Under the pieces are notes generated by a model that was not told where the DNA came from, searched no databases, and saw only the letters and a list, made by a program, of their open reading frames with translations. Shown piece after piece: positions 11,901 to 20,960 of a stretch of DNA of 64,000 nucleotides (positions within the stretch are counted from its first letter, which is position 1; every line of letters starts with the position of its first letter). The translations under genes and the position numbers were made by a program. The stretch covers positions 1 to 64,000 of the forward strand of contig UYFQ01000311.1 in NCBI GenBank assembly GCA_900617105.1, given 5' to 3'. Origin of the DNA: Hydrurus foetidus (Eukaryota).

Positions 11901-12691
11901 GCGTTGTGTTGGGACTCGACGCGATTATCAGCGTAAACGAGACCATGTCGAGGGTGGGAGAGAATGTCGGTCGTTGATCCATTGTGTAGAACAACAGTGA
12001 AGATGTCGGTGTTGGGGCTTGCACATATGGCACGTTTCTGCAGTTTGTAAGCTCGACTTTGCTGATCAAGGTTCTGTGTATTGCCATGATTTGCATCTTG
12101 CATCGAACTTTGAATAGTGGCAGTCAGTGCGGTGAGGTTTTCTCCTATGGCACTTATAGCTGAGCTTCTAGACGACGTTACTGCGTCAGCAAATATATCG
12201 TAGAAGGGTCCAACTAGGTCAATAAGTCCAATAATGAGATCGTGACTAAGGTCATCGAGAACACTGTACCAGAGTGTATGCGTATGATTGTTGCCAGTAG
12301 AATCAGTTAAGGAGATCTGTAGCTGAATCTCTGATTGGACAACAATATGTCGTGCATCCCCAAGACGGACGATGCGATCAGTTGCTCGAGATGCAAGTTT
12401 ATGCGATGATGGTAGAATATGAAGGAGTTTGCTGGAAACAAAGTTACTACCTTGTGCACCAGTATCAAGGAGACCGCGATTGAAGGAGATAGGATTGAGA
12501 CCCTTATCTGAAAGCACGACACCAGCACGGACAAAAGGTTTGCAGAGAACTTGAGTTGTAACTGATGTAGTGGAGGCAAGTTGCGAGAGAAGAGCTTGAG
12601 ACAGAACAGTATCGGGATCGAAAACTATTGGGTTATGTTCGGCGAGGTGATCCTCCAACTCCATTGAGTATAAGGAGGGCCTCGCAGACTC
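8942..12691 (-). CDS. pol: Gypsy-2 pol: protease, RT, RNase H, integrase, chromodomain
   Basis: LLDTGA; DYRPIN, VDLDMTNSFHQI, LPEG, IFDN; SDSS..KEAYAI..TDHRNL..ADWLSR; HHCC, IGIDH, SDPGSAF, NGTE, GPY; EFIVESIVNHR..LLVRWQGY..DSWEP. Confidence 0.96.
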   Translation of the reverse strand, partial: ESARPSLYSMELEDHLAEHNPIVFDPDTVLSQALLSQLASTTSVTTQVLCKPFVRAGVVLSDKGLNPISFNRGLLDTGAQGSNFVSSKLLHILPSSHKLASRATDRIVRLGDARHIVVQSEIQLQISLTDSTGNNHTHTLWYSVLDDLSHDLIIGLIDLVGPFYDIFADAVTSSRSSAISAIGENLTALTATIQSSMQDANHGNTQNLDQQSRAYKLQKRAICASPNTDIFTVVLHNGSTTDILSHPRHGLVYADNRVESQHNALSTMLRQPTPGAVLPPWSQPIDDIAPEESETPDPTSFPDDILMLLTTSMSEARLVYNKDLETHVMPQMRASCPNIIRLLTSELAYDVFVPQTWKGIHMDPYHLDTKPGMPDYLKAHTRPIRDVLYQHAKTEFERMKTYFYVKSNSPIACPLVVAPKATAPFIRLCGDYRPINSFITISQEPIPHVQQSLAKAAGWKVFVDLDMTNSFHQIPLDEFSSNLLSVSTPWGLYRPLFLPEGVGPASGILQSIVRRVFADYEDWIIVIFDNFLILASDYKDAERKLELALIRCRLHGLVLKMKKSWIGSTNVTFFGYEVHPGTWSLSQSRKDAINALVFPTTQKQMQSFLGAANFFHTHIPNYASWASDLYECTVTGFDWKSHNWPKDYRSLFETFKTAIQASVTLHFPDYDLPWIIRSDSSDAAVGAVLFQEFTDSSGNIIHQPIAFASHKYSGAAVNWDTYKKEAYAIYYAIRQFGYYLTGKPFIVETDHRNLVWMESSLVPIIIRWRVLLQSYVFNIRHIPGVKNSVADWLSRMYPQSIQPTSLSSTESAPTLQEMFQSVHGQRSLHHGAKRTYLTLCQRYPGHGISLRTIQDLVANCPICQKDRIPFATVSSPSVTETLLHHTRCIGIDHVSVTPPDEDGYIGLILVVEHDTKFPRAYPVRNYTAPTVATVLFQHYCTFGAYDALYSDPGSAFTAQVVQQLNSWLGIPHRISVVGRHESNGTEHVNGIFMGHLRRLVHDERLTHKWASDSVLPLINHALSTTPNSELGGLSPTELKFGTADHSRFNLPPPLPPGHSYGEYVKQLDINLSTVRAITLEYQHQLRTKRQAPTPSDQQNTYQPGDLILWNPKEHNKSFRTSKLTPKLLGPYTVQKQVGNNVTCQHTQLESQHVFHTDRLMPYIGTEESAKYIGLLDQEEFIVESIVNHRGNWSNLKSIELLVRWQGYTSESDSWEPWSSLRRVAALHKYLHQIGRTKYIPHQFRHKFST

Positions 12692-14424
12692 CTAGTTGGG
12701 TTTCGATGGTGGACGTGGGCTTTTACCAGAAGGCGTGTTGTACTTGCCAGAGCTTTGAGATGTTGAAAACCCTTTGCGATAGTCAGGGCGGGATGTTGCG
12801 TTTGAAGTTGAAGACCATGGAGGCAGCTGACTATGAGCAGACAACTCTCTTTTGCTTAAGAGGTTGAAAGAGTTCAAACAACGTTCTTGAGCTGCTGACG
12901 AATGGTCATTGGGACAGTTTTTTGATTGGGAGCACTTGCCAAAACGAAAAGCTCGCAACAGTAGCCACGAAATGTAGCCGCGATAGCAGCTCGGGAGGGA
13001 TTGGAAGAATTATTGGTATTGAGTGCTGTCAGAAGAGACTCATCCTCATAATAAGGATTTTCCTCAGTAATGGTAGCAGTGGAAATGTCATGGCTTCTGT
13101 AGATGGAATAGTCAGATTCCTCATCTTGGTCGTTGCTATCATTCTCTTGAGTGTCATCCACAATTCTGGTTTGCTCCTCGGAGTTGATGGTTGTTGAGGA
13201 GGTTAGTGCGGAAAAGTTCGTGCGATATGCAGGAAAAGTCTTATGGACTTCTGCGACGCGTTGATGAGGAAAATTTGAGGCTTTGGAAGTTGCAGTTTGG
13301 TGCCTGCCATAAGATTCTCCTTGGGTGTGGCGCAATTCGCTCCAACGCATAGGCGTTAGTTGAGAGTCAAAGTCTTGTCGGGCTTCACTATGTGAACGTC
13401 CCTCCATCAGCTTAAAGCGTATGAACTTCACGGCTGATTCGAGCGACTTGTGTTTGCATAAGTTGTCTTTGCCAAGCCATTGTAAGATGGAATCTTTTTG
13501 AGAACCGAGTGATAAAATCCAGAGAGAAATGTGTCCAGGGCTATCTTTTGTACCGTAGGTACCAACGGGCATCTTGGCAGCATTGTTGCTGAGTGGGGAT
13601 GTTTCTTCTGAAAGAAGATTGTAGAGGCTGAGTAAATCGTTGAGTGATCTCATGAGCGGCCCGTAGAAAATCTTAGAGAAGTTTTCCGTATTGATGTCCG
13701 GGCTTTGTGGAATGCCTTTGCCGAGGAATAGTATAAGCTCCCGGGAATACAGCTCCTTTGTACGAGGTCTGGCAGCTTCAATTAGGATTTCTTGAACCGT
13801 AGGATTTGAGAAAGAGAGCCAGTCTTCAACCATGATTTCCTCATACTCTTGTCCGTCTAGTTGCGATAGCTTAAAACGGTGAGAGTTCCAGTTCGCGACA
13901 ACGTGAGGCCTAAGATTGAAAGCGACCATGTGCGCCATCTTGATTTCACGCCCGGGATATTTTGATGCAAGTAGCTGCATCTGTTTTGCGAGGTATTGAA
14001 GTCCTTCGAGAGAGGAGACTTTCAATTCCTTATCGTAAACGATGTCGGTTTGGAGCACTTGGATACGAGGTTGTAGGGATGGAGATTGCTTCTCGCTAGT
14101 AGGTGAGGATTGTCCGAAGAAGATTGTTGAGCGTCTGTTGCCTTTTGAGCGGTCTTCGTAAGGAGATTCCGTTTCGTCGAGTGTAAAGGAAGTTTCTTGT
14201 GGCGGTTGTTTCGACAAAGACGCGATTGATGAACGCAATTCAGAGATTGCAGCTCTGTTCTCTTCTTGATCTATAACGCTTTGTCGGCAGAAGCTGGTAA
14301 TCATAGAACGAAATTCTGCATCTTTGTCATCCGTTTCTTTGACAGGAGTTTCGTTTTTCGATGCGGGCTTGCCTGTTTCCGACTTTAGCGTATTCTTCGG
14401 AATCGAAGATATTTCTTTAGACAT
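12692..14424 (-). CDS. gag: Gypsy-2 gag with CCCH finger; 1-nt deletion in the T-run near 12942
   Basis: ORFs 12874-14490 and 12692-12958 join as GYCCELFV(F)GKCSQSKNCPNDH, collinear with copy 1. Likely ATG at 14424. Confidence 0.87.
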
Positions 14425-14631
14425 CCTTGGAATCTTTGTAAATAAAGAAGGAATATTCTTGTAGAAATGTTTTGCTGAATGAAATTTCACTGAGCTTTGA
14501 AGATCTTACCCGAACAGATTCAGCTCTTGTTTGGCCAGATTCGCAATCTACGACCGTTGTCTGGCTTGAAGAGTCTCTTTCTGATCGGATACTTTATCTC
14601 CTCGTTACTGTGTAAACGAGAAAAGTACTTT

Positions 14632-14986
14632 TATGCTGTCCACGTAGCTTGGGAGAGCTGTAACGAGGGGCAGGTTTCTTGGATCAACTGCAATGGCTGT
14701 TGATCAGTCCACGAGAATCGCAGACTAGGATGAGCGGCTAACGGCCACAGATCGTCAGCAACAGAAATGTCGCTGGACAGGTGATGGGCTACAGGTAGCC
14801 GGTTTGGGTTTGGTGTTTTGCTTAAGATTAAAGAGAAGTGAAAGGTGCATCGAATTAGCTAGCTGCGAGAGTTGCGAGTTGAAGTATTCGAGAAACCAAA
14901 AACTGGTGTGAAATACTTGTGGTTGTGAGCAACGTGTGCTATGTACGTGCGTACGTGTAAACATGATATATAGTGAAACTATAACA
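14632..14986 (-). repeat. 5' LTR of Gypsy-2 (355 bp)
   Basis: Direct repeat of 7241-7612. Confidence 0.95.
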
Positions 14987-15045
14987 AGCGAATCTTTTTT
15001 GCGACGACACCCACCGTCGGCATCAGCCATCGGCTCGCGCCGTAG

Positions 15046-16443
15046 TTAAGAGCGGGTGTCCGTATCCCACCGTCCATCCCCCCTGACCAGTCCAACACGC
15101 CATCAGTTCGAGTTCAACCCACACGCCTACCGGTCCGACACCTTCAAGAGCACCATCAATCGGAGTCCAGCCCACAGACTAGTCCCACCCAACTATCACC
15201 CCCCTTTATTCTTCTACCACGCGAAGCCAACCTTCGTAACTACGTCACCCTGTTGTATGTCGACATCATAGAGGGCAAGGGAGTGGTGTCGATCCAGAGC
15301 CGGCAGGAGCTGTCCCAGTTTATAGGGAGGTCGGTGTTACCCAACACCAACCGAGCCTACGACAAGTGCTGGGAATAGTGGGCTTCTTTTGTCAAGAGCG
15401 AGGTAGATGAGGACGATCCTTTTGTGAGGAGTGCGGGGGAGGAGGAGAAGGCATCCCTAATAGGGATCATGATGATGAGGAAGCATGGGCAGGGCTTGCG
15501 AGGCAAGCAGGCGACTGCTTTCACGGCGGCCATTCGTCTGCGCTTCTCGCAGCAAGGTTTCTCGACGGGAGTGATCGCAACAGCCAGGGCCGCATGCAAG
15601 CCCACGCCGGAGGAGCTCAGGGAGAAGAAGGTCAGCGGAGTGGCGGCTAGCGTGAAGTTGCCGATCTGCGAGGGTATCCTGGTTGACATGAAGGCGAGGA
15701 TGTGGACGGGACGCGGGTGGACAGGTGACGACATGCGAAACCGTATGACCTTTATCGGTTGCATGTGGGCGTTCGAGATGGGAGCGCGGGTGTCGGAGTA
15801 CACCACCCCCGAGCCGGGAGGAACCGACCACTGTATTCGCGTCGACGATTTGATCTTTATCGTTGTTTCCCCCAGCGGCACCAGGAGCATTTACGGTAGT
15901 CAACTTGCCGGGTTCAGACCGGCGGTCAGCGGCGCGGGCAGACCCTACGTCTTGGAATGCAGGGCTACAGCGGTGACCTCTAAGGGGAAGACACTGGTCA
16001 AGCCGAAGATTGTCGGTCGCCGGTCGCTGGAGGAGAGTTGCTTCTTGGACGATCTAATGGATTTTATAGTGCGCAGTGGAAGCACGGGCAAAGATGAACT
16101 GTTCATCTTCCGCTATGGAGAGAGCAAGAGGGTGAAGCTGCGGTCCAGGACTGTTAGGGACGCACTCAAGGAGACATGTGAGATGAATGATCTCGACCCC
16201 GATTATTTTAGCTCGCACTCTCTAAGGAAGGGGGCCATCACGGAGATGCGTTCGTTAGGTGCTTCGGAGGACGACCGGAGGGACAGGGGGAATTACGCGC
16301 CCAATTCGCAAATGATGAACATCACGTACGACTACGGCGCGGGAATCGGCCCGCTAGCCTCTAACGGTTTGATCGGCGGGCACAAGCCGACGATCGAAGA
16401 TGTGAAGAGACTGATACCCCCGGCGAGGAAACTTGAGGGATAA
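15046..16443 (+). pseudogene. Tyrosine recombinase of the YR element; in-frame TAG at 15376-15378
   Basis: Catalytic motifs GARVSEY (R), SKGK (K), HSLRKGA (HxxR) and terminal Y (ITYDY). The N-terminal SVLPNTNRAYDKCWE*WASF helix is interrupted by the stop. Confidence 0.88.
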
Positions 16444-17167
16444 GGTGTGGACGTACCGAGGAGTCCTAACCGGGTCAGAGCCTTGGTGTGGTGTTGGGTG
16501 AAGGGAACTCTGACCCAAGGTCCGCCCCCAGTACCCGCGCTTGGTTCGGAAGTCAGAACAGTAGGGGAGGGCAGACGGGTGAGTTTAAGGGCGCGAGCGC
16601 AGCCACTTTGTAAGATAACACTACATTCCTTTTCCATCGCATATTAGTAGAACTGCTCACCCTAGGCGCAATAGAAGCCGCAGAGAGGAATGGCAAGAGA
16701 ACATTCGGGGACCATTTCCCCTAAAGGGACCCAACTCAGATAGCAGAATAGAACTGCATGTAGGACGTACTGCAAGTTTTGTGTTTTGTATACGCACTAC
16801 GTTCAATATACGGTATACGGTATACGCACTTCTCACCAAATTTCCGTGGGAACATTCGTTACCTTATAGACTTTGTGCCAAATAATGTTGAGAGCAACAT
16901 TTGGCATAATATCTCTTGGTGGATTGAATCCCGAGAGAGAGAAAGGAAGAAGGAGAAATTTGGCGGAAATTGCATGCCAATCCGCTGACGATGATGCAGC
17001 TTGTCTGCACAACTGACAACGAATTGAATGCGTTTTAGCACTTGAATAAGAGGACTGAACTGGAAGGACTTAGACAACAATCGCTCAACGAGCTCATTCC
17101 ACTGAATTGCGTGCTCTTTGTTGTGGAATTTTCTGGTGAGAGGAGGAGTCCCGAGCAAAGCAGCGCG

Positions 17168-19511
17168 ATGTATAATGGAGAATATCAACCCCTACCGGAG
17201 GAGTTTCTGGCCGTGGGAATCTTCGGACTAATGCTGTTTTCGTCCATCATCCTCACTGTCGCTTACTTACAGTCTCACTCAAAGACTCTTATGAATCGTC
17301 TGTTTTATTTGTCGCTGGGGTTGACTGCTGTTCTTGAGCTGCCCAGATATTCCTTGATGGTGAAAGATAAAGGGTATTCATCAACTTCAGGATATGCATC
17401 ACACATTCTTGCCGGAGTATTCTTCTTCATATGCTTAGCAATTATCGCGAAAACGTTCGCTGACATATTAGAGCTGGGAGCACTGAGTAAAATGATCTAC
17501 GGAAAGAAGGGACTGACGATTGCAGTAATAGTCCATATTGCAGTCGACTTATCCGCATTTATTTATTGTTGTCAAGCACAATCTCTGGGCTCGCTTTTTG
17601 AATCGATTTATTATCGCTTCTACGTCATATTCGATATCACTCAGAACATTTTCTATTCTTGTGTTCTGACCTTGTTTGGGTTGCGTCTCATATTTAGGTG
17701 AGAAAAATCTGAACAATTGAAAAATAATTCTCTCCATCAAGAAGAATGTTATTTGTTATTTGACCCCTACATTTTCGACAGCTTAAGAATCTTCTGCAAT
17801 ATGTCCTTTCATACATACGCACTAGCGCACATACTGATGCACACTAAGAGCAGTGCAACACTTCACACACTCCATTTTACACTACACTTTATTTTACACT
17901 ACACTTTATTATACGCTACACTCTAGTATACGCTACTTCCTAAATCATGCTACACTTTATTTAACGCAAGGTACAAGACACTCGGACAATTCGCACCCAA
18001 CTCTAACCAGCGCTCAGCATTCATGAGCATAGTACGAAAAGTAACATTCATGCTTTCTCTCGTTTCCGCATGTGCTGTACTGAGATTGATACTGCTTGGT
18101 AAGTACGTATGTATGTACGTATATTACATGCGTGATTAGTTTTTTCTTTTGGTAATAACTATAATTTTCATTTTTTTTATCGATATATCTACGTACGTAT
18201 GCATGCATGTATGCAGTCATGTATATTTGTGTATTTATGTGTACATGCATTTATAAATGTAAGTATGTATGTATGTTTATATGTACGTAAATACAGATTA
18301 TTTTATACATGTAATTTTAATTTTGACTCTTTTATTGTTTATCGTACCATGGTATTTCGCAGGAGTGAAATTTGCATCTTACCAAACCGACTTCGGAGAT
18401 GTCGTGACGAACGTAAGTCTTCAATCAAATATTAGAATATCCTATATTATGTTTTGATCTATATCATATCACGGCTAACTAACAGAAAACGATTTAATTT
18501 GATCTTTTCACTTTTTCCTTATCCATTGTCTATCGATAAGATGCTAATCATATTGCCTGAAACATTGCAGGGATTTTTATGAATCACTTATCGTAATGAT
18601 TTCTCCACAAACCGTATAATAAAGTATCGCATATACAGCACCGTCACTTCGAAGTGAAGAGAGTTCTATCTAATCGTTTAAAAGCATTCGCGGAACAAGA
18701 AACGTCCAAACTATTTTTTTATCATAAAAAGTCTATAGCGAAAACTAATGAATAGATTCCCACACTATTTTTAATTCTAATCTCACAGAAAATATTTTCG
18801 ATGTACGGATTTATTTGGTTCGTTCTTGGCGACTTTGTCCCCAGAGGGGCAAGTTCCTTTTTTTTGGCTTTATTAATGCGTCAGTCGGAAAATAATATTC
18901 AGGAAGTTGAAAAATCGAAGGTAGATAAAACGTGCAAATTCTCCCTTTTTTCTTTTTTTTACATCCGTTATTAAATGGCACGATTATTCCCTTCCATTTT
19001 GTAAGTTATTTTTACTTTCCTGTGCCCCTTCTTATTTCTTTTTTAATTACCTTTTTTACTTTTTATTTCTGCATAGGGTCTGACAGAGAAGGAAGAAGTT
19101 GTCGAGGATGTTGAGAACATTTTCAAAAATGATGACGAAGCAATGTACGGTGGAAATGACGGTACGTACAATAATGCCAATAATCATAATAACAAAAGAA
19201 ATCGCAATAATAAAGAATATAAAAGTAATAATACTGTCAAGGAAGATCAAAATGTAGAAACTAACATTAACGATAAGAAAAATTATAACAGCACTGTAAA
19301 CACTGATAATCAAAACAGTAACATCGACAACAATAATGAAAACGATAGTTGTGAAAATAATCCATTACAGCAATTAAAAAATTACGAGGAATTAAAATCT
19401 TCAGAAGTATACATAAACAATTTTGATGAAAAATCTGGAATCGAACCCAAGATCCCTTACGGAGATGTTCCACAAATCGGGTACAAATTTTCTGTCGAGT
19501 CAAAAATGTGA
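17168..19511 (+). CDS. Multi-pass (7TM) membrane protein, TOM1/GPR137-like, Asn-rich tail; 5 exons
   Basis: Exons ~17168-17697, 17971-18098, 18363-18412, 18789-18921 and 19077-19511 join in frame across GT-AG introns, with about seven hydrophobic segments. Family call is tentative. Confidence 0.7.
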
Positions 19512-20183
19512 AATGAAGATGAAGATGAAACATCATTTTCAATTGTAAATAAATGAGATGGATGGTAATTTTCGATGAATATACGGGTACATTAAATGAT
19601 TACTAGCACTATAGAATTCCATAGAATTCCATTTTAAGAGGCATGATTTAGCATGAATTGCTTCGTGTAAACACAACAGTCATCTTTCCGCATTTTTCAC
19701 AAGTTGTCTTTTTGCGCTGTGAAGTTATGAAACTTTTACTGAAATCCGGTGATTTCAAAAATCGTATTTTATTTTGTATGCATTAGATGTAATATCATTA
19801 ATTTAGATAGAGAAGTCGACAGAGGCCGTCCGGTTTATCTTTCATTATTTGTCAATCGAATTTTTTTATAACATCGAAATCATAGAATACGAATACAAAT
19901 TCATTTCCTTCTTAATTCGACTTGAACTTTTTTCCCCTTGCCATACAAACAGAGTAAAACAAAATAGCAATTGATACTCGCGAGTTTATTTTCTTTACAG
20001 TAGCTGATTAGGAAAGAAGAATCATTCGCAATTACCGAATGATGCCGTCTCATTACGTGTGTGTGAAATCACATCGAAGGCATTTCGTTGGTATCTCACA
20101 TTAGCCCAAAACAATTATAGTTTTCAACTATTTTTGATTATTTTTGATGGAGAGGCTTTAGGTCAGCGCAGCAGGGCGGCGCA

Positions 20184-20761
20184 TAGCACGGACCCCCCCC
20201 CTCTCCGACAAACCACAAAACTTATTCCACGGAAATTAGCTTCAATCCGTCATCTGAAACCAGTTTTACGGAATATAAGTACGCGACCCAATTAATGGTG
20301 TACTGAATTAATAATTTGATGTACTGAATACACCCGAACTCTAGCCCTAACCCTGAACCCTGAACCCTGACCCTAACTCTGAGTTTAGCCCTAACACTTA
20401 CTCTAATCCTAACCCTAATCTTCAGTATTGATTTCAGTACATCAAACTATTAATTCAGTCCACGAATCTCTCAATTAAGAATTAAGTACACAGTAAATTA
20501 TTTCCGATATAAGTACGGAACTACTGTAGTGATACTAATACGGTTTTCGAAAACGGTTTCCGTAAACGGTCCAGTTATTTTTACCGAATATTTTTAACCG
20601 ATTTACAGAAAATTTTTCGTGATATTTTTAACTGATTTAGTGTACGGAAACTGAGGTAAGTCCGTATTTTACGGTACTTTTGAAGTTTCGTAAAATGGTA
20701 TAAGTTTCGTGTTTGTCCCCCTCCCCCTCCCCCACTGGACGGTTTTGGGCATGACGTGCTA
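20184..20761. mobile_element. Putative non-autonomous element with nested inverted repeats and a central telomere-like (CCCTAA/CCCTGA) tract
   Basis: TAGCACG..CGTGCTA ends; inverted pair gacaaac.ac.aaacttat; ~32-bp inverted pair 20299-20331 / 20431-20463 around degenerate CCCTAA repeats at 20339-20419. Confidence 0.55.
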
Positions 20762-20960
20762 ATTCGAATTCTAGACAACACTGCGCCACCCAGTCAGTCA
20801 GCGTCTCCGTTCTCCATCCAGCAACATTGAGCAATTGCAACAGAACTGTAATTGCGGGGTGGTAATCTCTTGCCATTACGGAGATTGTCCAACAGAATTC
20901 GCCGACGAAGCAGTTTTCAAAACTCCTGCGGGACGCGATTTGGGGGAACGGATCACAGAA

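Larger units (their letters stand above)
7241..14986 (-). mobile_element. Complete chromodomain Ty3/Gypsy LTR retrotransposon copy 2 (7.7 kb) with antisense cargo ORF
   Basis: Two LTRs, TSD AGCG (7237-7240 and 14987-14990), polypurine tract, gag, and PR-RT-RH-IN-chromodomain pol. Confidence 0.96.
3146..16620 (+). mobile_element. Decayed tyrosine-recombinase retrotransposon (DIRS/Ngaro-like), interrupted by Gypsy-2 and at its 5' end by Gypsy-1; right end approximate
   Basis: ORF order gag-like, RT/RNase H, tyrosine recombinase on one strand, all GC-rich. The RT frame is restored across the Gypsy-2 insertion. Terminal repeats were not identified. Confidence 0.88.

Noticed and set aside
12935..12950. 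Programmed frameshifts within the Gypsy gag genes (also near 2350)
   Set aside because: They lie at different positions in the two copies, in short base runs, and each is absent from the other copy; mutation or sequencing error.
15376..15378. TAG reassignment or readthrough in the recombinase
   Set aside because: Host genes terminate with TAG and the element has other lesions (TGA at 3277, G-run shift), so simple decay is sufficient.
16444..16800. Split direct repeats or ITRs of the YR element
   Set aside because: No matching partner found in the window; the 5' end probably lies beyond the left edge.
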